Shown piece after piece: positions 8,391 through 17,190 of a stretch of 52,148 nt of DNA. Each line of letters starts with the position of its first letter. The first letter of the stretch is position 1. Location of the stretch: positions 1 to 52,148 of the forward strand of contig LBYO01000002.1 of the NCBI GenBank assembly GCA_000996205.1. The letters run 5' to 3'. A program made the position numbers and the translations under genes. This stretch comes from Parcubacteria group bacterium GW2011_GWA1_40_21. GTDB taxonomy: Bacteria; Patescibacteriota; Minisyncoccia; Phycocordibacterales; GWA1-40-21. The notes below the pieces were generated by a model that did no database searches, was not told the origin of the DNA, and saw only the letters and a program-made list of their open reading frames with translations.

Positions 8391-8455
8391 AATTGGAAGA
8401 AACTATCAGATTTAATGATACTCAATAGTATATCAGATAATTCCAAAAATGTTTT

Positions 8456-9529
8456 TTATTTTACTTCATTCGCAAACAAAATGTTCGGCTTCATTCGCAT
8501 TGAGCGCGCGGAGGGTTCGTCGGCGTAGCCAATGCGGAATAGCATTGGAATAGTTTTGCCTTCAACTCCAAAAGTCCGCTCTATATCAGAATAAGCGATC
8601 TTTATTGTTTCTAAATGATTCTGGCTGAAAACGCCGACATCCCCGCCGCCCTTTATCCTTTCCATAAAATATATAACGCCGGTGCACGGGTGAACGCTCA
8701 ATCCCAATTCAGTCGCTTTGAGCCAGACTCTCTCTGCCGTCCGTCCGGCATTTATAAAATCTTCGCGACTGTTCCCTTTCGCGACGACGACAGCCAACGC
8801 GCCGGAATTGGCGTATTTTTCGGCATTTTCTTTGGCGATAATTCTTGAAACTTTTCCGATCTTGTTTAAAATTTTCAAAATCAGCCAATTTTTGAAGAGC
8901 TTCACGCCTTTGAGCTGGTGAGGCAGGAATTCAAGAGTCTTGATATAAAAACCTCCCGCTTTGTCTTGGTCTTCTTCTTTCCAAAGAATGTGCTCGTAGA
9001 AAAAATCATGCAACTTTTTATTTTCAAAAATAATTTGTTCATTCACCGCAAGCGCTTTACCGAGAGTGTTGAGCGATTCTTCATCATCAATAATTTTTAA
9101 TTCTCCAAGTCCGGCCTCTCTTGCTGTCTCAATCAGTTGTTTTTTCTGATCATCTGATAATTTTTGGTGCGCGTGATCCTTCCTGTTCGTGCACCTCTTT
9201 GCAATGAAAGGATACAACGACAGCTCTCTTGAGTTAGTCGCATCGAGCGTCAAAGTGGCAACAAGATTCTGCTCTTCCTTTATGGGAAATAATTTAACAC
9301 TAGCCTTGTATCCGTATTTCAAAGCGACGATGACAATGTTTTCAATAAGCGCGCCGTGCGCGGCATAAGAACCTTTTTGCTCAAAATTATAAAGGGATGT
9401 GTCCGCCTCCGGCACATTGAAAATATGAATATCGCTTCCATCCGCCGCGAATTTCCACGGCTGGCAATTCTCGCCGGACGGCGCAAATACACTTTCCGTG
9501 ATAATTTCTTGAATATCTTTGTTATTCAT
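8456..9529 (-). CDS. double nitroreductase-fold FMN-dependent oxidoreductase
   Basis: It has the APSGENCQPWKF signature, and its length fits two nitroreductase-like halves. The start was trimmed from the TTG at 9583 to the ATG at 9529. Confidence 0.7.
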   Translation of the reverse strand: MNNKDIQEIITESVFAPSGENCQPWKFAADGSDIHIFNVPEADTSLYNFEQKGSYAAHGALIENIVIVALKYGYKASVKLFPIKEEQNLVATLTLDATNSRELSLYPFIAKRCTNRKDHAHQKLSDDQKKQLIETAREAGLGELKIIDDEESLNTLGKALAVNEQIIFENKKLHDFFYEHILWKEEDQDKAGGFYIKTLEFLPHQLKGVKLFKNWLILKILNKIGKVSRIIAKENAEKYANSGALAVVVAKGNSREDFINAGRTAERVWLKATELGLSVHPCTGVIYFMERIKGGGDVGVFSQNHLETIKIAYSDIERTFGVEGKTIPMLFRIGYADEPSARSMRMKPNILFANEVK

Positions 9530-9673
9530 TTTTTTATATAAATCCAATAAAATAAAGAGATTTTTGAACGAGTCACAATTCAAAAAAACTTTATTTTAAT
9601 AATATAATAAAATAGGCAATAAACAAAATTTGTCGCTACATATTCTGATGCGTACAAGTATGAAAATCAATTT

Positions 9674-10321
9674 TTAATACAAAGACTGGAAATATTTTAA
9701 ACTTACTTTTATAAATTTTTCAGTATTTTGTTCTTTCGTCCAAATCTTTTTAATTTCCTCCAGCTTACTTTTCAAATCCGGATAAAACAAAAGCTCCTCT
9801 GCCCCTACGAACTTCTGAATTGCCTTTAAATTAAGAAAAATTACATTAAAAATTTCAGAAAGTTCCCACAAAGCCTTGTCATCCTTTATACCCAACTCGT
9901 GGCAAAAATCATAAAAGGCAAAGTGGGTTAATTCATGAGCAATAACTTCTTTCCGCATATCATGCGACCGTTTGTAATAAACTTGAAAAGATTTATTTTC
10001 CAAATAACGAGGATTACAATTAAAAATAGACAAATAGCAAGTGTAATTTTCTTTACTGAAATCTCGTCCGAAATACTTTTGAAGTTCAAGAAAAAGAGGC
10101 TCTTTTATTTCATCAAAACACAACTTGGTATCTTTTAGAATTTCTTCCAATTTACCCTTGCTTTTCAGATAAAAATTATCTATATATTCAATATGGTTTT
10201 CTTTACTAATATGAGGATGATCATCTTGTATTTTTTTGCCAAAATCCGCTCCACCAACCATGGCATCGCGGAAAGACATATACACCTCTTTATCCAATTG
10301 TTTATTTAATTCTATTTTCAT
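9674..10321 (-). CDS. hypothetical protein with an HExxH motif (possible zinc metallopeptidase)
   Basis: The only recognisable motif is EVIAHELTHFAF. The start was trimmed from the TTG at 10330 to the ATG at 10321. Confidence 0.4.
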   Translation of the reverse strand: MKIELNKQLDKEVYMSFRDAMVGGADFGKKIQDDHPHISKENHIEYIDNFYLKSKGKLEEILKDTKLCFDEIKEPLFLELQKYFGRDFSKENYTCYLSIFNCNPRYLENKSFQVYYKRSHDMRKEVIAHELTHFAFYDFCHELGIKDDKALWELSEIFNVIFLNLKAIQKFVGAEELLFYPDLKSKLEEIKKIWTKEQNTEKFIKVSLKYFQSLY

Positions 10322-10344
10322 ATTAGTCAATACAATGTAAATAT

Positions 10345-11541
10345 TTACAAATTGAATATTTTTTTAAAATTTTCGGCGATTTTGCCGCGTTTTTCAACTT
10401 CTTCAAGAGAATTATAATTCGGCACGAGTTTCTCGTCCAAAGATATGAGGGCGCGATTGTTTTCAAGGGGCTGGCCACAAAGAATTTTGCGGACACAATA
10501 AGCGACCGCCGAGCCGTTCACAAGGGCGGCGCCACCGAGCTGAGGCCATGAGACGATGGTCTTGCCCATCTCAAGAAGAGATTGCTGCATTCTTTCCGTC
10601 ACATTCTCCGGTCCGACATGTTTTGTTATCATCCTGCCGATTCCGAATTTGTCCAATTTGGAAAGCATCTCATAGGACACCTCGCCCATTCTTCCTTGAA
10701 AAAATGGAGTGTTCGGGTCAAGGTCATATCTTTCAATATCCACCACGGCGTTGTCGCCATTGTCCGCTGCCATTACCACCGCTATTTTATGTTTCTTCGC
10801 TTGTTCGCGAATAAGATATTTCACCGCTAAATTATCAAGCTCGTCAATCACAATATCTAAGCCTTCAAAAAATTTGCCGATGTTTTCTTTGGTCAAACCT
10901 TCCGGAAACAATTCCACTTCGGCGTAAGGATTGATTTCGTAAATTTGGCGCGCGGTCATCTCCACTTTTAAAACGCCGAGATTGTCCACGCCCGTCCTTA
11001 TTCTATTGGTATTGGAAAGAGCCAAACGGTCAAGATCGGCGAGCTTGATTCGCTTCGCTCCGCCCTGAAGAACAATTGCGAGCGCGACGCTGTTCCCGAC
11101 GCTAAGTCCGCCGATGCCGACTATCGCGTTATAAAATTTTTCTTGCTCCTCTTTGTTTATAAGATTTTTATTTCTGGCGGTTCTTACCATTTGAAAATCG
11201 TCTTCTTCCAGAATGTGTGTCAATTTGGAAAGCCACGGAAAATAAACCCAGTGGCCGCTCTGCCATATCGGACATTCTTTATCCAGCGCAGAATAATAAT
11301 CTTCAAACTTTTTCTTAAAATCGGGAGCGTAGACCATGCTCGGATTTTTCACCGCGAATAACTCGTTCTGCTGTTCTTTGTAATCATCAGCAACGTACTG
11401 GATTCTCCTCAAATTAAATAAATCATTGGCGGCATTCTGATCTTCCGATTTTTTAAAATCAAAGACGGTCGGCTTGGAATCAATGGCTGCCGACGCTCTT
11501 TCGTCTAAACTTTCTTTCAATTCTTGTGATATATTTTTCAT
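10345..11541 (-). CDS. ThiF/MoeB/E1-like adenylyltransferase with a ~135-aa N-terminal extension (Rv1355c/MoeY-like N-terminal half)
   Basis: IVGIGGLSVGNSVALAIVLQGGAKRIKLADLDRLALSNTNR is the E1 nucleotide-binding loop with the SN.NR motif, and VIDELDNLAVKYL is the DN motif. Confidence 0.8.
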   Translation of the reverse strand: MKNISQELKESLDERASAAIDSKPTVFDFKKSEDQNAANDLFNLRRIQYVADDYKEQQNELFAVKNPSMVYAPDFKKKFEDYYSALDKECPIWQSGHWVYFPWLSKLTHILEEDDFQMVRTARNKNLINKEEQEKFYNAIVGIGGLSVGNSVALAIVLQGGAKRIKLADLDRLALSNTNRIRTGVDNLGVLKVEMTARQIYEINPYAEVELFPEGLTKENIGKFFEGLDIVIDELDNLAVKYLIREQAKKHKIAVVMAADNGDNAVVDIERYDLDPNTPFFQGRMGEVSYEMLSKLDKFGIGRMITKHVGPENVTERMQQSLLEMGKTIVSWPQLGGAALVNGSAVAYCVRKILCGQPLENNRALISLDEKLVPNYNSLEEVEKRGKIAENFKKIFNL

Positions 11542-11574
11542 AAAATAAAAATTAAATTTTTAAAAACAACTTTT

Positions 11575-13104
11575 TTAAAGACGGATCGGATAATCTTTCT
11601 TCACCCACTTCTGCTTTGTTCCGCTCTTGAAATAAAGCGGGTGTTCATAATTCCATAAAATAATTTTAGGAACGACTCTTCCGGGCATCATATTGGCGTT
11701 ATTTTTATGCTCCGCGCTATTTTTCAAAAGCGATTCAACTATTGATTTCGTAATTTCCTTTTCCAGAGACCTCCCCGTCTTAACGCCATTTTTCAGCTCA
11801 ATATTAATCTCCAAATATTCATCGTGCTTCCTATCGTGCTTTGTGAACATTGTAAACCTTCCTGTAATATAACTCGCAAATTTAGCGCGTTCCAATCCCC
11901 CCTTCACATATTCCGGAAAAATAATCGCTCCGTAAAGCTTGGTGGACATATCCGTTCTCTCATACAAATATACCGACGGAAGCTCGGAAATTGTATTTTC
12001 CAGCCCTGCGCTTTTCGCCTCTTTTCTTATGTCTATTCCGTGCGACTTGAAGATTGAATCGGCATCATTCCAGCTGACAACTCCGCCGTTGTCGCCTATC
12101 TCGTATCGAAGGAAAGGTATAGTATTGTTGCCGGTACAATAAATATTTCCATTCGGTGATTCAAAATTGATGAATTCAGGATTAAACTGGGCGAAAGTCG
12201 GCAAGCGATTCGCCTCGGCAAATATATTTTTATATATATTCTTTCTTTCAAGGGCTATCCTCCGCATCATAATATTCACCGGAGTTTCTATCGCCATTGT
12301 TCCTATATCGGCGCTTCCATAAATATTCATAGTGCCGGTGTGAATATCTTGAATTCCAGTTTTATCAATTATGTATTCCCTGAATTTTTCAGAAAAAGAT
12401 TCAGCCGCGAAAATTATCCTGACATTGTGATCCTGCCATTTGACACCCTGGCTTTTGGCTTCATCAACGACATCTTTCATAAAAGGCGGATAGCCACAGA
12501 GTATTATCTGGTCAAACTTATGTCCTATATTTTTTAGCGCCTCAAAGATTTCCTTTTTGTTGACCCCGGGCGTAATAATCGTCAGAGGATAGCCTCGGCC
12601 AGAAATCAATCTAAAGGCCTGATAAGTAATCAGTCCGCCTATCCAGACACCCATGCCGAAGCACACTATAACTAGGGTTGATTTATTTACATCAATGCCA
12701 CTGTTCTCAAGAAAAATCTGATGATAAATGGACGATTGCCAATCCAAGATATGATTGCGCGGAAAATAAAAAGGCGCCCCTGTAGAACCTGATGTGGAAG
12801 TAAAAACTAAAGACTTCTTCAGATACCCGTTCCAAGTCAAATCCTCAAGCGGATATTGCCGCAGGTAGTTTTCCTTGCTTGTCGAGGGAACCGATTTGAA
12901 ATCTTTAAAATTTTTAACCTTAGCCGGATTGATTTTATTTTTCCGCAAAAAATCTTTGTAAGCCGGCACCTTTTCAGCCGCTTCGTGAAAAAGCTTAAGC
13001 GATACCTCCTCGGCTCTCTTTGTCCAATAATCGCTTTTTTTATCCTTTATCCGCTTTAGCGTTTTTCCCGCGATTTTCTTCTCTTCTCTATTATTTATAT
13101 TCAT
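11575..13104 (-). CDS. adenylate-forming ligase, PaaK / coenzyme F390 synthetase-like
   Basis: It carries the P-loop FTSTSGSTGAPFYF, plus YGSADIG and FLRYEIGDNG. Its 509-aa length is also consistent. Confidence 0.75.
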   Translation of the reverse strand: MNINNREEKKIAGKTLKRIKDKKSDYWTKRAEEVSLKLFHEAAEKVPAYKDFLRKNKINPAKVKNFKDFKSVPSTSKENYLRQYPLEDLTWNGYLKKSLVFTSTSGSTGAPFYFPRNHILDWQSSIYHQIFLENSGIDVNKSTLVIVCFGMGVWIGGLITYQAFRLISGRGYPLTIITPGVNKKEIFEALKNIGHKFDQIILCGYPPFMKDVVDEAKSQGVKWQDHNVRIIFAAESFSEKFREYIIDKTGIQDIHTGTMNIYGSADIGTMAIETPVNIMMRRIALERKNIYKNIFAEANRLPTFAQFNPEFINFESPNGNIYCTGNNTIPFLRYEIGDNGGVVSWNDADSIFKSHGIDIRKEAKSAGLENTISELPSVYLYERTDMSTKLYGAIIFPEYVKGGLERAKFASYITGRFTMFTKHDRKHDEYLEINIELKNGVKTGRSLEKEITKSIVESLLKNSAEHKNNANMMPGRVVPKIILWNYEHPLYFKSGTKQKWVKKDYPIRL

Positions 13105-13164
13105 AATCTTTTCTTGATGGCTCCAATAACCAAAAAAATACGCCGTCTTTTTGAATAGCGTATT

Positions 13165-13188
13165 TCAACTGCCAAATCAACTGCCAAA
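13165..13188. repeat. tandem direct 12-mer TCAACTGCCAAA x2 upstream of the 13104 operon
   Basis: The two copies are exact and adjacent. Confidence 0.6.
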
Positions 13189-13408
13189 ATTATTTTGCAA
13201 TACAGAAGCAGTCAAAGTTTTTTTGCCATTGTCAATGCGGATGGTATTGGCTATATTGCGTATTTCCATAAATTTATAAAAGTGCCTAAATTCTAGTGTG
13301 AAATATAGCTTTTGTAAAGCATTGACAAATAAGATTAACTGTGATAACCTTTTAATAGTTTTTTACAGGCTTTATAACTTTTTCTTTTAGAGAAATGGGG
13401 GGGAAGAA

Positions 13409-13783
13409 ATGAAAATTGAGATTAAAACAGATAATGTCGGCTTGTTAATTGGGATGTTGGAAATCTTAAAAAACAAAGATTATTTGGGGCAAACGATATT
13501 GGGTCCTAATGAAAGTCTAGACTTAATTCTAGACTTGAAAGAGAAGAAAATATTAAGACTGACAATTAGTAAAAGATTAAATTCATCTATTGGGAATTAC
13601 AGCGAGAGGGACCAAAGATCAATTTCTATATCAGACACTAATAGGTCAGTACTTAGTGATGTAGAGATTGTGCTTGTTTATGACTACGGGCAGAAATTCG
13701 TGAGTTCCATCAAATCTATCGAGGAAGCGGTGAAAAATAAGCAGGCCGAAATAAAAAAAGGCATTGAAAATAGTATCGGTTAA
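13409..13783 (+). CDS. hypothetical protein
   Basis: The 124-aa ORF has a purine-rich GGGGGGAAG 3 nt upstream of the ATG and a downstream terminator. It has no recognisable motif. Confidence 0.5.
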   Translation: MKIEIKTDNVGLLIGMLEILKNKDYLGQTILGPNESLDLILDLKEKKILRLTISKRLNSSIGNYSERDQRSISISDTNRSVLSDVEIVLVYDYGQKFVSSIKSIEEAVKNKQAEIKKGIENSIG

Positions 13784-13820
13784 ATCGGCTAAATCGATTA
13801 AATTTAGAAAAAATAGTCAA

Positions 13821-13875
13821 AAAGGGTCTTATGCGAGATTACAAAATCTTTTACATAAGACCCTTTATTTTTTTG
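13821..13875. terminator. bidirectional intrinsic terminator between the 13409 ORF and truB
   Basis: GGGTCTTATG and CATAAGACCC form a 10-bp stem. It is flanked by an A-run on one side and TTTATTTTTTT on the other. Confidence 0.6.
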
Positions 13876-13876
13876 A

Positions 13877-14719
13877 TTATATTTTCAGAGAATCCTTAAT
13901 TTCAAAATCACCGACTTTAGTCCTCTTTAGATTCAAAAGAGTCGCTCCTATCTTGAGATCTTTGCCGAGCTTATGAGCAATTGACCGGATATAAGTTCCG
14001 CTGGAACATTTGATTTTTATTTTTGCTGTCTGAAATTCAGCGCTATATGAAAATGGTACACAATTTCTGCTATCGCTGAAATTGTGTACCATTTTGTTTT
14101 TGAAATTTTGGAACTTGTTTGCGGGCTTATCCTTTAAAATTCCTTGCCATTTTTTCAAAATTTTTTCCTGACGGAAATCGCCTTTTACCTTTTGAATTTT
14201 TTTATTGATTTGAGCGAGCAGATTTCTCCCGTTAATTTTTTGCAGGCGCAGAATTTTGATTTCATAAATTTCTCTTTCTTTCTCTGGAATTTTTATATCT
14301 TTTATCTTTTCCTCTCGCGACCATTCAAAAAGAGGTTTGCCTTTTATCTTGTATGAAGAGTACGGCGGAAATGGCTGTTTGTTTTTTCCCAAAAATTTAT
14401 TTAAAAATCCGGCAAGCTCATCTTTGTGAAAATCTTTTATCACTTTTTTCCTTTTAGGCAACCCCAAAATGTCATAGGTATCCGTTTCAAATCCGAATAC
14501 TATTTCGGCTTCGTATTCCTTGTCCAGTTTAAGGTATTTTTCTTTTTCGTAAACGGCGCTTCCCGCAAGCAAAATTAAAACTCCCTCCGCCAGAGGGTCC
14601 AGCCGTCCGGCGTAAGTAATTTTTACGCTTTGATATTCAGGATTATTTGCGCGGAAACGGTTAATCACCTCAAGCGGAGTCTCACCCTCCCTTTTGTAAA
14701 TATTTAAAACTTTATTCAT
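13877..14719 (-). CDS. truB: tRNA pseudouridine(55) synthase
   Basis: It carries AGRLDPLAEGVLILL, which contains the catalytic Asp motif, and has TruB-like length and layout. Confidence 0.9.
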   Translation of the reverse strand: MNKVLNIYKREGETPLEVINRFRANNPEYQSVKITYAGRLDPLAEGVLILLAGSAVYEKEKYLKLDKEYEAEIVFGFETDTYDILGLPKRKKVIKDFHKDELAGFLNKFLGKNKQPFPPYSSYKIKGKPLFEWSREEKIKDIKIPEKEREIYEIKILRLQKINGRNLLAQINKKIQKVKGDFRQEKILKKWQGILKDKPANKFQNFKNKMVHNFSDSRNCVPFSYSAEFQTAKIKIKCSSGTYIRSIAHKLGKDLKIGATLLNLKRTKVGDFEIKDSLKI

Positions 14720-14729
14720 TATTTTTTTG

Positions 14730-14759
14730 ATTATCCGGTTATTTCATTCTGTGTGTCAT
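14730..14759 (-). promoter_or_regulatory. candidate truB promoter ATGACA-18 nt-GATAAT, with the -35 supplied by the end of repeat A2
   Basis: On the minus strand, ATGACA lies at 14754-14759 and GATAAT at 14730-14735, 10 nt before the ATG. Confidence 0.3.
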
Positions 14760-14828
14760 TCCCGCGCAAGCGGGAATCCAGACACTCTGTGCTGTTGAAC
14801 ATAGATTCTCGCCTACGCGGGAATGACA
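14748..14828. repeat. A-family palindromic repeat, second copy (inverted orientation, right arm degraded by 3 transitions)
   Basis: It aligns end to end with the reverse complement of 337-415. Confidence 0.8.
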
Positions 14829-14875
14829 AAAATCTTTTCTTTCCCCGCAACCCTCTTCATCTCTCCCTGTATTTT

Positions 14876-14908
14876 CCTACAACCTAAAACCTACCACCTA
14901 CAACCTTC
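14876..14908. repeat. F-family motif CCTACAACCTAAAACCTACCACCTACAACCTT
   Basis: It carries the same CCTA(A/C)AACCT-type units as 26650-26690, 33818-33845 (reverse complement) and 38755-38810. Confidence 0.4.
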
Positions 14909-14917
14909 TGCTAATGC

Positions 14918-14946
14918 TTGTCTATTATACATATTTTCGCTAGAAT
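14918..14946 (+). promoter_or_regulatory. promoter TTGTCT-17 nt-TAGAAT; the -10 ends 9 nt before the hisS-2 ATG (near-leaderless)
   Basis: The hexamers lie at 14918-14923 and 14941-14946, and the ATG is at 14956. Confidence 0.45.
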
Positions 14947-14955
14947 TTAGCGATT

Positions 14956-16275
14956 ATGAAGGAAAAAACCAACAAAAAAATCTCAACCGAATCTTACAAG
15001 GGCGTACGCGACTTCTATCCGCAAGATATGTTTGTCCAAAATTACATATTCGGAATTATGAGAAAAGTGGCGGAAAGTTTCGGCTACAACGAATATGGAG
15101 CTTCTATTTTGGAACCAGCCGATCTTTACCGAGCCAAGACCGGAGATGAAATCGTGAACGAGCAAACCTATTCGTTCAAAGACCGCGGGGACAGAGAGGT
15201 GACATTGCGTCCAGAGATGACGCCGACTGCCGCCAGAATGGTGGCGGCGAAAAAGCGCGAGTTTTCTTTTCCTCTGCGATGGTATTCAATCCCCAATCTC
15301 TTCAGATACGAACAGCCGCAGAAAGGACGGCTCCGCGAGCATTGGCAGTTGAACGCCGACATATTCGGAGTGGAAAGTATTGAAGCGGAAATTGAAATTA
15401 TTTCAATCGCGCGCGCAATTATGAAAGCATTCGGACTGAAAGACGGAGATTATGAAATAAGGGTGAATGACCGAAAAATTATGAACTATATTCTGGAAGA
15501 TTTCTTGTCGCTCTCGCCTGCCGAATCTCATAGTGTTTCAAAAATCATAGATAAAAAAGACAAGATGAGCAAAGAAGATTTTGCCGACAAAATCCGCTCT
15601 ATTGTCGGAGAAAAAAGTGACGAACTTACAAATCTTCTCCATTCAAAAAACCTTGAAGAATTTATTTCTCTTCTGCCGGAAAAAGCCCGAACGCATCAAG
15701 GCGTATTGGAAATCAAAGAACTTCAGAATAAACTCGCCGAACTTGGTATTAAAAACACCGTGTTCAGCCCGACGCTTATGCGCGGCTTTGATTATTACAC
15801 TGGAATCGTGTTTGAAATTTTTGACACCAATCCGGAAAATCGCCGCGCGATTTTCGGCGGAGGGAGATACGATGATCTGTTAAGCATTTTCGGCGCCGAA
15901 AAAATCCCGGCGGTCGGCTTTGGAATGGGAGATGTGACCACTCGCGATGTTCTTGAGACTTATGGTCTTATGCCGAAATACAAGCCAGCCACGGAACTTT
16001 ATATCTGCGTTTTGGAAGAAAAATACCGGAATTATGCGCGCCAATTGGCGCAAGACTTGAGAGAAGACGGACTTAACGTCGCCGTTGACTCCTCCGGCAA
16101 GAAAGTCGGCGATCAGATAAAATACGCCGACAAAAACTTGATACCTTTTATTGTGTGCGTAGGAGAAAATGAAGTTAAAAATGAAGAATTAAAAATAAAA
16201 AATCTAAAATCGGGCGAAGAAACTGCCTTGAAAGCCTCTAAGGTTTATGATTTTTTAAAGAATAAAAAATCATAA
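14956..16275 (+). CDS. hisS: histidine--tRNA ligase, paralogue 2
   Basis: The 439-aa ORF carries YKGVRDFYPQD, TLRPEMTPTAARM, motif 2 LRWYSIPNLFRYEQPQKGRLREHWQLNADIFG, RGFDYYTG and GGGRYDDL. It also has a C-terminal anticodon-binding domain. Confidence 0.85.
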   Translation: MKEKTNKKISTESYKGVRDFYPQDMFVQNYIFGIMRKVAESFGYNEYGASILEPADLYRAKTGDEIVNEQTYSFKDRGDREVTLRPEMTPTAARMVAAKKREFSFPLRWYSIPNLFRYEQPQKGRLREHWQLNADIFGVESIEAEIEIISIARAIMKAFGLKDGDYEIRVNDRKIMNYILEDFLSLSPAESHSVSKIIDKKDKMSKEDFADKIRSIVGEKSDELTNLLHSKNLEEFISLLPEKARTHQGVLEIKELQNKLAELGIKNTVFSPTLMRGFDYYTGIVFEIFDTNPENRRAIFGGGRYDDLLSIFGAEKIPAVGFGMGDVTTRDVLETYGLMPKYKPATELYICVLEEKYRNYARQLAQDLREDGLNVAVDSSGKKVGDQIKYADKNLIPFIVCVGENEVKNEELKIKNLKSGEETALKASKVYDFLKNKKS

Positions 16276-16281
16276 TCACTT

Positions 16282-16325
16282 TACTTGAACTTAGAAATCG
16301 AACTTGGAAACCGAGTTTTCAAGTA
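16282..16325. repeat. B-family hairpin repeat (core AACTTGGAAACCGAGTTT)
   Basis: TACTTGAA pairs with TTCAAGTA around the core. A related copy lies at 23531-23573. Confidence 0.5.
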
Positions 16326-16338
16326 GAAAAAATAAAAA

Positions 16339-16914
16339 ATGAGAAAATTGATATTTGATATTGAGACGAAAAATTCTTTTCAAGAAGTCGGGAGCAACAA
16401 TCCGGCAGATTTGGATATTTCTGTTGTCTGCGTCTACGACTATAAATCAGATCAATACAATAGTTATTTGGAAAAAGATTTTAAAAATCTCTGGCCGATT
16501 ATTGAAAAAGCCGATATGCTTATTGGCTACAATTCCGAACATTTTGACACTCCTCTCTTGAATAAATATTATCCGGGCGACCTAACCAAAATTAAAAATT
16601 TGGACATCCTCAAAGAAATAAAAAGCTCGCTCGGCAGGAGAATAAAGCTGGACACTATCGCCGAAGCTACTCTCGGCAAGAAAAAGACAGGTCACGGACT
16701 TGAAGCCATTACTTGGTGGAAGAATGGCGAGGTGGATAAAATAATCAAATACTGTCTGGAAGATGTGAAAATAACCAAAGAAGTCTATGAGTACGCCCTC
16801 AAAAACGGATTACTCAAATATAAAGATGGAAATGAATTGAAAGAAATAAAACTGGACGTGAGCCATTGGGAAGAGGAAATCGCAAGTTCAATAACGCATA
16901 CTCTGCCGTTTTAG
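16339..16914 (+). CDS. RNase H-fold 3'-5' exonuclease-like protein (DEDD type)
   Basis: It carries LIFDIETKN (Exo I, D.E), GYNSEHFDTPLL (Exo II) and YCLEDVKITKEVY (Exo III-like). Confidence 0.6.
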   Translation: MRKLIFDIETKNSFQEVGSNNPADLDISVVCVYDYKSDQYNSYLEKDFKNLWPIIEKADMLIGYNSEHFDTPLLNKYYPGDLTKIKNLDILKEIKSSLGRRIKLDTIAEATLGKKKTGHGLEAITWWKNGEVDKIIKYCLEDVKITKEVYEYALKNGLLKYKDGNELKEIKLDVSHWEEEIASSITHTLPF

Positions 16915-17190
16915 AATTTTGAGTCACAAAAATGCTTCTGAATCTGATGCGAAATTAAGTTATTTTGTAAATAAAAAAACTGCTCAACTATTTAATATCT
17001 AAACAAGATAAGTAATAGGTGAGCAGAGTATTAATAGATTAATGCTAACTGAAACATTTTTTAAAACAGAAATCCGTATACGGTACTAACAAAAATTTGG
17101 CTAAAACTAAAATGATAATAGGAAATAATAAGAATACTAATATGTCCGTGTATATATTATTCTTGATAAATAGAGTTTTTCCACGGAGTC

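Noticed and set aside
13177-13269. MccA-like precursor for a microcin C-type pathway
   Set aside because: MccB-type enzymes require a C-terminal Asn, whereas this mini-ORF ends in Ser. It has no SD, and the E1-like protein resembles the Rv1355c type rather than MccB. It is retained only as a low-interest observation.
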